Source: Candidatus Bipolaricaulia bacterium (GTDB lineage: Bacteria; Bipolaricaulota; Bipolaricaulia; JBHIAT01). From it: DNA of 50,414 bases. A program made the position numbers and the translations under genes. Below, one piece after another: positions 28,958 through 37,930 of this stretch (positions are counted from its first letter, which is position 1; each line of letters starts with the position of its first letter). A model generated the notes under the pieces. The model was not told the origin of the DNA, did no database searches, and saw only the letters and a program-made list of their open reading frames with translations. The stretch spans positions 1-50,414 of the forward strand of contig JBHIAT010000004.1 in the NCBI GenBank assembly GCA_046758705.1. Direction: 5' to 3'.

Positions 28958-30955
28958 CTACCATCCTCTCCTCACGATATAGAAGATCCACAGGGCAACC
29001 ATCCCGGCGACGACCCATGAGGCATAGTCTTGAACATACCCGGAGATCGTCCGCCTCAGGCCCCGGCCGCTCGCCAAGCTGACGCGGCCAATCCCGTTGA
29101 CCAGTCCGTCCACGACCCAGCGATCGAACCCGTCGATCACCAGGGAGATCCCGCGGGCGAGCCGTACCGCAGCGTTCACCGTCCCGTCGATGATCCGTCG
29201 GTCGAACCGATCCAACAGGAGCGCGACACCATAGACGGCGACGCGGGTGAGCCCGGCGTAAAGCTCACTCAGGTAATATCGATGAACCAGCAGCGTGTGC
29301 AGGGTTCTTCCGAGGCGGGTGGAATATCTGGACAGGTCGATCGTTTCGCGGTGATAGACCCAGTAGGCGAAGGCGATGCCGACTCCCGCCAGGGTAAGAG
29401 AAAGATAGGTCAACGGTCCGGTGAAGATCTCCGACAGGAGTTCGGTGGGGCCATGGAAATGGAGGTCTCCGAAATGGATCACATCGCCGAAACCACCGAA
29501 CAGGACGAACCCCGAGCCGAACGCCAGGACGGCCAGGACGGCCAACGGGACGGTCATGATCGGGGGGGATTCGTGGGGCGTTCCCTGATACCGGGGCCGG
29601 CCCCCGAAGGTCATGTACCAGAGCCTGAACATGTAGAAGGCGGTCAGTAACACGGTGACCACGCCAAACGCCCAAAGCAGGTAGAGGAGACCGCTGTGTT
29701 CGCCGGCCTCGAAGACCGCACCCAACAGTTCATCCTTGCTCCAGAACCCGCTGAACGGCGGAACTCCGGCGATCGACAGGGAGGCGATCAGCATCGTTAT
29801 CGAGGTGATCCTCATCCGGGGGTGGAGGGCGCCCATCTGCCTCAGGTCGGTCGTCCCGACCGCGTGCATCACCGATCCGGCACCCAGAAACAGCAGGGCT
29901 TTGAAAAATGCATGGTTCATCAGGTGAAACAGCCCAGCGGTGTAGCCGTTCGCGGCTCCGCCGACGGCTGCCATAGTCCCGCCCGCCCCGAGCCCCAGCA
30001 TCATGTAACCGAGCTGGGAGATGGTGGAGAATGCCAGGACGCGCTTGATGTCGTTGTTGACGAGTGCCATGGTCGCCGCCAACAGCGCGGTGAACCCGCC
30101 GACGGCCGCCACGGTGAGCATGACGGACTGATGTTGGATGAGCAGGGGATAAGACCGGGCAACCAGGTAGATGCCCGCCTTGACCATCGTCGCCGCATGG
30201 ATCAGCGCGGAGACGGTTGATGGACCCTCCATCGCATCCGGGAGCCAGACGTGAAGGGGAAACTGGGCACTCTTCCCCACCGCACCCAGGAAGATGAACA
30301 GACCCGAGATCCCCAGAATCCACAGCTGATCGGCTGAAACCTCCATGCTGAACAGCTCGCCGAAGTTCAGAGTCCTGAAGTTGAAGAACAGCAGGACAAT
30401 CCCGAACAGGAAGAACAGATCCCCCACTCGGGTCACCAAGAACGCCTTCATCGCGGCCGCGGAGGCTGCCGGTCGTTCATACCAGAACCCGATCAACAGG
30501 TAGGAGCACAGACCGACCAACTCCCAGAATATGAACAGTTCCAGGTAGTTGTTGGCCAACACCAGGCCGAGCATCACCCCGATGAACAGTGAGATTTCAG
30601 CGTAATACCTGGGTTTTCGCTTCCCCTCGCCATGCATATAGGCGATCGAGTAGATGACGACGAGCGTTCCGACCAGGGTCACAATCCCCAGCATCAGGGC
30701 AGTGAGGTTATCGATCAGGATGCCGACTTCGAATTTGAAGTCCCCGGATTCGAACCAGGTGATCGAACGCTCCACGGGTTCCTCACCGAGCACGTTGGCG
30801 ATCACCAAGACAGCCAGGACGAAGGCGATCAGGCTGCCCGCGATGGCAACCCAGCCACCTCCTTCCCACATCCTTCGTCCGGATGCCGTGATCAGGATGG
30901 CGGCAAGCAGCGGGAAGATCGGGATCAACCAGGCGTAATGAGTGATCTCGGCCAT
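28958..30955 (-). CDS. nuoL: Complex I subunit L
   Basis: WELVGLCSYLLIGFW, GKSAQFPLHVWLPDAMEGP, HAATMVKAG, HAFFKALLFL. Confidence 0.96.
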   Translation of the reverse strand: MAEITHYAWLIPIFPLLAAILITASGRRMWEGGGWVAIAGSLIAFVLAVLVIANVLGEEPVERSITWFESGDFKFEVGILIDNLTALMLGIVTLVGTLVVIYSIAYMHGEGKRKPRYYAEISLFIGVMLGLVLANNYLELFIFWELVGLCSYLLIGFWYERPAASAAAMKAFLVTRVGDLFFLFGIVLLFFNFRTLNFGELFSMEVSADQLWILGISGLFIFLGAVGKSAQFPLHVWLPDAMEGPSTVSALIHAATMVKAGIYLVARSYPLLIQHQSVMLTVAAVGGFTALLAATMALVNNDIKRVLAFSTISQLGYMMLGLGAGGTMAAVGGAANGYTAGLFHLMNHAFFKALLFLGAGSVMHAVGTTDLRQMGALHPRMRITSITMLIASLSIAGVPPFSGFWSKDELLGAVFEAGEHSGLLYLLWAFGVVTVLLTAFYMFRLWYMTFGGRPRYQGTPHESPPIMTVPLAVLAVLAFGSGFVLFGGFGDVIHFGDLHFHGPTELLSEIFTGPLTYLSLTLAGVGIAFAYWVYHRETIDLSRYSTRLGRTLHTLLVHRYYLSELYAGLTRVAVYGVALLLDRFDRRIIDGTVNAAVRLARGISLVIDGFDRWVVDGLVNGIGRVSLASGRGLRRTISGYVQDYASWVVAGMVALWIFYIVRRGW

Positions 30956-30956
30956 C

Positions 30957-31259
30957 TCACCACTTCATCAACCTCAACCGCGTCACGTCGATCGACCGCC
31001 TCAATCGGACCAGGTTGACCAGGATCGACAGCCCGACGGCGGTCTCCGCCGCGGCCAACGCGATCGAGAACATCGCAAACGCGTAACCAAGCGAATCGTC
31101 ATGAAAGCTGGCGAACGCAACCAGGTTGATGTTGGCCGCGTTGAGGAGCATCTCGATACACATCAGGATCTTGATCCCATTTCGCGAGGTCAAGATACCG
31201 TAAATGCCGATGGAAAACAGAATCGCACTGAACACCAGATATCCATACAGGGAGACCAT
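30957..31259 (-). CDS. nuoK: Complex I subunit K
   Basis: LMCIEMLLNAANINL, AAAETAVGL. Confidence 0.95.
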   Translation of the reverse strand: MVSLYGYLVFSAILFSIGIYGILTSRNGIKILMCIEMLLNAANINLVAFASFHDDSLGYAFAMFSIALAAAETAVGLSILVNLVRLRRSIDVTRLRLMKW

Positions 31260-31262
31260 GCG

Positions 31263-31502
31263 CTACTCCTCCTTGCGCGCCAGGAAGATGGCCCCGATCA
31301 GGGTGGCCAGCAGCAATACCGACAGGATCTCGAACGGGAACACATAGCGCTCGAAGATCGTCTCGCCGATCCCCGATATACGCTCCGTTCCCTCCGGCGA
31401 ACGATCCCAGGGCTCAACGCTGGTTAAGGAGAGGATCATCAGGCTGAGCAGCACGGCCACCAGCCCGATTCCGATCGTCTTGGTCATCCTATCTCGATTC
31501 AT
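31263..31502 (-). CDS. nuoJ: Complex I subunit J, C-terminal half (J2)
   Basis: IGETIFERYVFPFEILSVLLLATLIGAIFLA matches the NuoJ C-terminus. Confidence 0.85.
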   Translation of the reverse strand: MNRDRMTKTIGIGLVAVLLSLMILSLTSVEPWDRSPEGTERISGIGETIFERYVFPFEILSVLLLATLIGAIFLARKEE

Positions 31503-31503
31503 C

Positions 31504-31767
31504 TCATCTCCGTTCGTCCTCGTCTTCGGTCTCCGGAGGGGTTCGTTCGGTGAACATGATGGCGAACAGGATGAGGGTAACGATCGCGCCTGCGTAGATG
31601 AGGATCTGGATCATGGCCAGGAGCTCTGCTCCCAGAGTCAGGAACAGCCCGGCGACGCCCACGAACAGGCCGGCCAGCCACAGCGTGCTGTAGATCAGCT
31701 TCTCCGATCGAATCACCATGATGGCCGCTGCCAGGGTCGCCAGGGAGATCAGGATGAACGGGATCAT
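31504..31767 (-). CDS. nuoJ: Complex I subunit J, N-terminal half (J1)
   Basis: LGAELLAMIQILIYAGAIVTLILFAIM matches NuoJ TM3. Confidence 0.88.
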   Translation of the reverse strand: MIPFILISLATLAAAIMVIRSEKLIYSTLWLAGLFVGVAGLFLTLGAELLAMIQILIYAGAIVTLILFAIMFTERTPPETEDEDERR

Positions 31768-32234
31768 GAAACTTCACCCCCTCCTGTTTCTGTCTCGGAC
31801 TCGGAGGTGCCTAACCGGTTTGGAGGGTAACCGAAGCCCCGATCTTCCCGGGCGAGTTCGAACAGCTGGGTGTGTCGGATCGCCCCGGTGGGACAGGCCT
31901 CCTCACACAGCCCACAGTAGAGACACATAGCGATGTTCACCCGGGGGTGGCGCACCGCTGCGCCACGCGGGGTGACAATCGCGGTCTCCCGCGCCCCGTC
32001 TGGCGCCGTGGGCGTCCCCCAGGGAACCATCTCTAACGCTCCGTTGGGGCAGGCTTCGGCGCATATACCACATCCGACGCAGATCTCGGTGTCCAGATAG
32101 GGCCGTCCTCGAAACCGGTCCGGCAACTCGCGGCGTTCCTCGGGGTATTCGACGGTGACCGCCCGTCTGAAGAAGTTTCTCAGCGTCACCGACATTCCCT
32201 TAACCGCCCCCAGGGCCGGTATTCGCGCTTTCAT
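31764..32234 (-). CDS. nuoI: Complex I subunit I
   Basis: VTVEYPEE...RFRG and two 4Fe-4S motifs CVGCGICAEACP and CLYCGLCEEACP. Confidence 0.95.
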   Translation of the reverse strand: MKARIPALGAVKGMSVTLRNFFRRAVTVEYPEERRELPDRFRGRPYLDTEICVGCGICAEACPNGALEMVPWGTPTAPDGARETAIVTPRGAAVRHPRVNIAMCLYCGLCEEACPTGAIRHTQLFELAREDRGFGYPPNRLGTSESETETGGGEVS

Positions 32235-32237
32235 CTC

Positions 32238-33188
32238 TCAGATCCCTCCTGCGATAGCCCCGGTGATCGCCAGGTTGACCAGTGAGAGCGGAAACAGAAT
32301 CTTCCAGTTGATGTTCAGGAACTGATCGATCCGCACCCGGGGCAGGGAGTTCCAGATCCAGAAGACCAGGAATGACAGCAGCGCCGTCTTGATCAAGAAC
32401 CATAAGAGCGGCGGCAGGAGCGGACCGTGCCCGCCGCCGAAGTACAGGGTAACGGTAAGTGCCGCGATGAAGAAGACATTGGCGAACAGGGTGAGGAAGA
32501 AGAACGCGAACCGCATCCCACTGTACTCGGTGATATACCCGGCCACGAGCTCCGACTCCGCTTCCGGAAGGTCGAACGGGATGACCCCGATCTTGCCGAT
32601 CATCGCCACCAGGAAGGTAAACAGCCCGAGAGGCTGCAAGACGACGTACCACAGGCCGGCCTGTCCGGAGACGATCTCGGAGGTTTGGGCAGTGCCGGCG
32701 AGCAGGATCACCGCGACCGCCGAGATCAACAGCGGGATCTCGTAGCTGATGTCCATAGCGGCGGCCCGGAGCCCGCCGAGCATTGCGTACTTGTTATTGG
32801 ACGCCCAGCCAGCCACGATCTCCCCGAGGGGAGCGAGGGCGGCGAACGCGAAGATCAGGATCAGCCCGACGCGGACGTCGGTCACCACCACCCCGCCCCC
32901 GAACGGGATCGGGGAGAAGGCGATCAGGGCGGGGATGAATGTCAGGTAAGGCGCGAGGCGGAATCCCCACGTCTCGGCCGTCGCCGGGATGATATCCTCT
33001 TTGGTGAGCAGCTTGATCCCGTCGGCGACAAATTGCAAAACCCCGACCGGGCCCACCCGGTTCGGCCCCAGTCGTTGGCCGAAGTCGGCGAACAGCTTTC
33101 TGAAGATGTAGGTCAGCACCCCTCCCGCACTCAGGACGAGCATCAGGATAAAGATTGCGCCCAGGAAGGCTCGGATCGGTTGCGGCAT
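32238..33188 (-). CDS. nuoH: Complex I subunit H
   Basis: RLGPNRVGP.G.LQ..ADGIKLLTKE, GWASNNKYA, PFDLPEAESELVAGY..EYSG. Confidence 0.96.
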   Translation of the reverse strand: MPQPIRAFLGAIFILMLVLSAGGVLTYIFRKLFADFGQRLGPNRVGPVGVLQFVADGIKLLTKEDIIPATAETWGFRLAPYLTFIPALIAFSPIPFGGGVVVTDVRVGLILIFAFAALAPLGEIVAGWASNNKYAMLGGLRAAAMDISYEIPLLISAVAVILLAGTAQTSEIVSGQAGLWYVVLQPLGLFTFLVAMIGKIGVIPFDLPEAESELVAGYITEYSGMRFAFFFLTLFANVFFIAALTVTLYFGGGHGPLLPPLLWFLIKTALLSFLVFWIWNSLPRVRIDQFLNINWKILFPLSLVNLAITGAIAGGI

Positions 33189-33215
33189 CTTTGTCTTCGG
33201 CCTCCTCTCTGTGGG

Positions 33216-34340
33216 TTATCGGTCGACATCTCCCAGGACGAGGTCAATACTGCCATTGGTGGCGACCAGGTCGGGGATCAGCGCTCCGCGAACCATGTCG
33301 GGGAGGGCCGACAGGTTCTGGAACGAGGGCGAGCGGATCTTGACTCGATAGGGTCGGGTCGTGCCGTCGCCCACGATGTAGAAACCGATCTCTCCCCTCG
33401 GACCCTCAAGGTGTCCGTAGGTTTCCCCATCGGGCTTGACCAAGAGTTGCCATCCCTTCTCCAGGCCGAGGGCGATGACTGGGCCGTTCGGAAGTCGGTC
33501 CAGGGCCTGTCTGATGATCTTCACTGACTGACGAATCTCCTCCATGCGCACAATGAACCGGGCGTAGCAGTCTCCTGCGCCTTGAATCGGCACTTCAAAG
33601 TCCAGATCTCCATAGGCGAAGTACGGATCGTCCTTCCTGAGGTCGAACTTGACCCCGGAGGCTCTGAGATTGGGGCCGGTCGTACCCTGATCGATCGCAT
33701 CCTGCGGCTTGAGCACCCCCACACCACGTGTCCTAAGCAGGAACGTGTCGCTTTCCTTCAAGAAATCCTCGTACTCATCGACCTTTTTGAAGATCTCGTC
33801 CAGGACCGCCCGGACCTTCACCTCGAACCCCTCCGGCAGGTCGGCCTTCACCCCGCCGAACCGGTTGAAGTTGAGGTTCATGCGGGCGCCGGTGAGCATC
33901 TGGAACAGATCCAGAATCATCTCCCGCTCCCTGAACGTGTACCACAGGGCATTCAGCGCCCCGATATCCAACCCGAAGGTCCCGAGCCAGACGAGGTGGC
34001 TCTGGATCCGATCCAGCTCCAGCCCGATCACCCGGATGTAGTTCGCCCGCTCCGGGACCTCCAGATCGATCAGTTCCTCGACGGTCTTGACGTAGGCGGC
34101 CTCGTAGCTGAACGAGGCGACATAGTCCAGCCGGTTGGTGAGCGGGATGAAGTGGAGGTAGCGTCCCCGCTCCGCCAGCTTCTCCAGGCTGCGATGCAGG
34201 TAGCCGATGATCGGTTCGACGTCAAGGACGCGCTCTCCGTCGAGGGTGAGTTTCAGCCTGAGGACCCCGTGGGTACCGGGATGCTGAGGACCCATGTTCA
34301 GCAGCATCGTCTCTTGTGCTTGCGTCTCGGTTCCGGGCAT
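33216..34340 (-). CDS. nuoD: Complex I subunit D
   Basis: NMGPQHPGTHGVLRL, GYLHRSLEK, RLDY, EGPRGE, C-terminal GDVDR; no NiFe CxxC pairs. ATG 34340 overlaps the nuoC stop. Confidence 0.95.
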   Translation of the reverse strand: MPGTETQAQETMLLNMGPQHPGTHGVLRLKLTLDGERVLDVEPIIGYLHRSLEKLAERGRYLHFIPLTNRLDYVASFSYEAAYVKTVEELIDLEVPERANYIRVIGLELDRIQSHLVWLGTFGLDIGALNALWYTFREREMILDLFQMLTGARMNLNFNRFGGVKADLPEGFEVKVRAVLDEIFKKVDEYEDFLKESDTFLLRTRGVGVLKPQDAIDQGTTGPNLRASGVKFDLRKDDPYFAYGDLDFEVPIQGAGDCYARFIVRMEEIRQSVKIIRQALDRLPNGPVIALGLEKGWQLLVKPDGETYGHLEGPRGEIGFYIVGDGTTRPYRVKIRSPSFQNLSALPDMVRGALIPDLVATNGSIDLVLGDVDR

Positions 34341-34756
34341 CACCACCCCTCCTCCGCAGCAAAGCTCACTTGGTCGTTGCCGTCCGCCCCCTTCCGGACG
34401 TACTGCTCCCGTTCCAGAGGGTAATCCTTCCTCAGTGGATGGCCGACCCAGGGTTCGGGCAGCAGGATCCGGGTCAGGTGAGGATGGCCTTCGAATTGGA
34501 TCCCCACGAGATCGTAGGTCTCTCGCTCGAGCCAATCAGCACTCTTCCAGACGCCGACGACCGAGGGGACGGTCGGGTCCTCCCGGGAACACTCGGTCTT
34601 CAAGGCCAGGCCCCGGTTCTTCCCGTGAGACCACAGGTTGTAAACCACCTCGAAGTGGGAACGGTAATCGACCCCGGTGATGCAGGCCAAGTAATCGAAG
34701 CCCATCTCCTTGAGCTTCCGACACGTCTCAGGGAGATCCTCCCGATCGACCGTCAC
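34340..34756 (-). CDS. nuoC: Complex I subunit C (N-terminus short or uncertain)
   Basis: GFDYLACITGVDY, ADWLERETYDLVGIQFEGHP.L.RIL, GHPLRKDYP. Confidence 0.9.
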   Translation of the reverse strand: MTVDREDLPETCRKLKEMGFDYLACITGVDYRSHFEVVYNLWSHGKNRGLALKTECSREDPTVPSVVGVWKSADWLERETYDLVGIQFEGHPHLTRILLPEPWVGHPLRKDYPLEREQYVRKGADGNDQVSFAAEEGW

Positions 34757-34783
34757 GACTGAGCGATCGGCATCACCCGATCA

Positions 34784-35290
34784 CTATCCCTTACGTTCAC
34801 GTCCACGCTCCTCTCGGATCTTCTGCTGCAGTTTTCTCAGGCCGTCAATCAGCGCTTCCGGGGTGGGGGGGCAACCCGGGACGTAGATGTCGACGGGCAC
34901 GATGCGATCGACACCCATCACCACGCTGTATGCGCCCTGAAACGGCCCTCCGTTGATCGCACATCCCCCCATGGCGATCACATACTTCGGCTCGGCCATC
35001 TGCTCGTAGAGCGTTTTGATCCGGGGGGCCATCCGCTTGACGACGGTCCCGGCCACGATCATCAGGTCCGCCTGTCGCGGGGAGGGGCGGAACACCTCGG
35101 AGCCGAACCGCGCCAAGTCGTAGCGCGAGGTCTGCGCGGCGATCATCTCAAAGGCGCAACAGGCGAGCCCGAAGGTGAATGGCCACAACGAGTTGCGTCG
35201 GCCCCAGTTCAGCACCTCCAAGATGGCAGAGACGGTGGTGAGCCACAGCCCGCCCCGACCGTCCTTCTCCATACTTACTTCTCCAGCCAT
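34784..35290 (-). CDS. nuoB: Complex I subunit B
   Basis: [43 protein letters not shown]. Confidence 0.95.
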   Translation of the reverse strand: MAGEVSMEKDGRGGLWLTTVSAILEVLNWGRRNSLWPFTFGLACCAFEMIAAQTSRYDLARFGSEVFRPSPRQADLMIVAGTVVKRMAPRIKTLYEQMAEPKYVIAMGGCAINGGPFQGAYSVVMGVDRIVPVDIYVPGCPPTPEALIDGLRKLQQKIREERGRERKG

Positions 35291-35634
35291 CGCAGCGCCC
35301 CCCTCCTCCAGGCGTAGCCCCATCCGATCAACAGGATCAGGATGAACAATATCATCTCGACGAAGCCCGTCCTTCCAAGTCGGTCGAACGCAAGTGCCCA
35401 CGGCAGCAGGAAGACGACCTCCACATCCATCACCAGGAAGATCAGTACGTACAGATAGTACTTGATCTCGATCGGGATCCGGGTATCCCCGATCGGACGC
35501 TCCCCGCACTCGTAGGGGGAGAGTTTTTCAGAGCTCGGACGTCTGGGAGTGAGCCGGTTGGCGAGATACAGGGCGGCGAAGATCGTGGCCCCTCCGAAGA
35601 CGGCCAGAAAAGCAACCGGTAAGTACTCGCTCAC
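35275..35634 (-). CDS. nuoA: Complex I subunit A
   Basis: [40 protein letters not shown] start overlaps the upstream stop (GTGA). Confidence 0.95.
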   Translation of the reverse strand: MSEYLPVAFLAVFGGATIFAALYLANRLTPRRPSSEKLSPYECGERPIGDTRIPIEIKYYLYVLIFLVMDVEVVFLLPWALAFDRLGRTGFVEMILFILILLIGWGYAWRRGALRWLEK

Positions 35635-37220
35635 CGAGATTCCTCCCTTCCTGCGCGCAGAGCGCGATCGATAGCCCGGGCGGCCCGGTTTCCGTCTGCG
35701 ATCACCTCGATCATGCTCGACGGACCGCGGACGGCATCCCCTCCGGCATACACTCCGGGCCTGAAGGTCTCCCCCGTCTCCTCATCGACGATGATCTCTC
35801 CCCACTTCTTCGTCTCGACCCCGCTGTCTGCCCCCAGCCATCCTGACTCGACGTTCTGACCGATGGCGAAGACGACCGTATCCGCGGGTATGATGAACTC
35901 TGAGCCCTCGATCGGGATCGGCTTTCTTCTTCCGGATTCGTCGGGCTCGCCCAGTTCCATCCCGAGGCATTCCATGCCGGTGACCCGCTCCCGCTCATCC
36001 CCCAGGATCTTGATCGGTTGGGTGAGGAAGTGGATGGTAAGCCACCCCCGATCCTGGCCCAGCCGGGAGAAGACCTCGGACTTGAGCGCCCACGCCACCT
36101 CTTTGGCAACCGTCCGACGTCGCTCGTCGGTTAACCGCTCCATCCGCTCGGTCAGGCGCTCCAGCAGCTCGGTTCGCTTCTGCTGAGCGAACACCTGTCC
36201 GGTGTGGTGGAGCTCTTCCTGCGTCACCTCCTCGCCCAGCTCGACGACCTCAGCGGCGGTAGAGGGCATCTGCTCGGGGGTCCTGCGGTAGACGAAGTGA
36301 ATCTCCTTCCCCTGACGCAGCGCGGTGCGAAGTGTGTCCATCGCGACGTCCCCGCCGCCGATGATCGCAACCCGGTCGCCTGGAGCGGGCTCGTTCTGCT
36401 CAACGGCGTGCAGGTAATCCAGCCCGGTTATAGAACCGGCCAAATCCGCACCCGGGATGTTGAACTTCCACGAACCGACCGCTCCGACTGCGATGAAGAC
36501 GGCATCGTACGCCTCGAGCAGTCGATCGATGCAACCGTCCCCCCCGATCGGCTCGCCGGTCCGAATCTCTACCCCCAACCACTCCAGGATCGCGATCTCC
36601 TCTCTCAGGACCCGATGCGGTAGCCGGTACTCGGGCAGGATATTGAGCGTGCCGCCGGGCTTTTCGTCCTTTTCGTAAACCACGGTTTTGTACCCCCATC
36701 GAGTCAGGTGGTAAGCGGCGGCCAGGCTCGCCGGTCCGGAGCCGATGAGTGCCACCTGCAGCCCGTTAGGCTCCGGGATACGATAGTCAAGCTCCCGTTG
36801 GTCGACCCGATCTGTGATGTACCGTCTCAGCCTTGGGATCTCGATTGACTGTCCCTTCACCCCCTTCAGACAGACATCGACACACGGATGGAAGCAGATG
36901 CGACCGCAGGTGCCCGGCAGGGGATAGGTATCCATGATGATTTGAAGGCCCTGCTTCAGATCTCCCTCAACGATCTTCTGGATGTAGCCGGGGATGTCGA
37001 GATGGGCGGGGCAGGTCTTCACACACGGAGGGTCCTGGCACTGGAGACAGCGCCGTGCCTCGAGGAGCGCCTCCGCTTCGGAGTATCCCTCTATGATCTC
37101 GGGGAAGCCGCTGAGCCGCTCTTCGACCGGTAGTTTGGGAACCTCCACGTTCTCATAGTCGTACAGGCCGTTGAGTTCGGCCTCGAGCGTTACGTCATCC
37201 AGCCGATCGATCTCAGCCAT
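35631..37220 (-). CDS. GltD/SudA/NfnB-like FAD, Fe-S NAD(P)H oxidoreductase with 60-aa insertion
   Basis: EARRCLQCQDPPCVKTCP, CGRIC..PC...C, IGSGPASL, IIGGGDVAMD, YRR (NADPH-type), AGGDAVRGPS. Confidence 0.9.
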   Translation of the reverse strand: MAEIDRLDDVTLEAELNGLYDYENVEVPKLPVEERLSGFPEIIEGYSEAEALLEARRCLQCQDPPCVKTCPAHLDIPGYIQKIVEGDLKQGLQIIMDTYPLPGTCGRICFHPCVDVCLKGVKGQSIEIPRLRRYITDRVDQRELDYRIPEPNGLQVALIGSGPASLAAAYHLTRWGYKTVVYEKDEKPGGTLNILPEYRLPHRVLREEIAILEWLGVEIRTGEPIGGDGCIDRLLEAYDAVFIAVGAVGSWKFNIPGADLAGSITGLDYLHAVEQNEPAPGDRVAIIGGGDVAMDTLRTALRQGKEIHFVYRRTPEQMPSTAAEVVELGEEVTQEELHHTGQVFAQQKRTELLERLTERMERLTDERRRTVAKEVAWALKSEVFSRLGQDRGWLTIHFLTQPIKILGDERERVTGMECLGMELGEPDESGRRKPIPIEGSEFIIPADTVVFAIGQNVESGWLGADSGVETKKWGEIIVDEETGETFRPGVYAGGDAVRGPSSMIEVIADGNRAARAIDRALRAGREESR

Positions 37221-37260
37221 AGGGTTCCTTCCCGCGTGTGCCTTCTCACACTCCGGTTCG

Positions 37261-37325
37261 ATTTTACCTTCACCGGGGGAGTCAGGCTATGACCTGCGTC
37301 AGCGGGATGGAAGATCTTTCTCATA
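37261..37325 (-). promoter_or_regulatory. Putative CRP/FNR promoter of the flavoprotein-nuo operon
   Basis: -10 TAAAAT (37261-37266); boxes TATGA-CCTGCG-TCAGC (37288-37303) and weaker GAAGA-TCTTTC-TCATA (37310-37325), 22 bp apart. Confidence 0.55.
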
Positions 37326-37342
37326 CAACGTGGGAGGGATGA

Positions 37343-37930
37343 TTACACTACACGACACTCGGCCTCTGCGATCCGCCTGCCGAGCTTCAGAGCCCGTTCA
37401 TTCATCTCCCTGAAGCGCTCTGGCACCCGGGCGCGCACCGCTGCCCGCAGACTCTCCCAGGAGACGAGCGCCTCCAGACCGTTGATGATCCCCAGACTCA
37501 CCACATTGGCCACGATCCGGTTTCCGATCTGTGTGATGACCATCCCCAGAATCGGGAACCGGTAGAGTCGGATCCGTCCCCGAGGGCGAATCGGCTCCTG
37601 CTTCAGGACGGACGAATCGACGATGGCGGTCGCCCTATCGTTCAGGGTCGGGAAGTACCTGTCGAAAGCAGCCCGGGACAGACAGAGCAGCAGATCGGGG
37701 TCGGTCACCTCGGGGTGGGCAATCTTCCCGGTCGAGATGATCACCTCGGCGCGGCTTGCCCCCAATCGCGCCTCCGGACCGTAGCTCGGAGTCATGACCA
37801 CGTTCTTCCCGTCGCGCATCGCCGCCTCGCTCAGGATAAGGCCGGCCAGAATCATCCCCTGGCCGCCGGCACCGCTCAATCTTAACTGATAGGGACCCCG
37901 ATCACGGTTACGGTCGTGGGCTGCGATCAT
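37343..37930 (-). CDS. korC: 2-oxoacid:ferredoxin oxidoreductase gamma subunit
   Basis: LSGAGGQGMILAG, SYGPEARLGASRAEVIIS, ANVVSLG. Confidence 0.9.
   Translation of the reverse strand: MIAAHDRNRDRGPYQLRLSGAGGQGMILAGLILSEAAMRDGKNVVMTPSYGPEARLGASRAEVIISTGKIAHPEVTDPDLLLCLSRAAFDRYFPTLNDRATAIVDSSVLKQEPIRPRGRIRLYRFPILGMVITQIGNRIVANVVSLGIINGLEALVSWESLRAAVRARVPERFREMNERALKLGRRIAEAECRVV

Noticed and set aside
33216-35290. Group 4 NiFe hydrogenase interpretation of nuoB/C/D, prompted by nearby hyp genes
   Set aside because: NuoD lacks both CxxC nickel-binding motifs and keeps the quinone-site GPQHP.THG and RLDY motifs; NuoB has adjacent CC.
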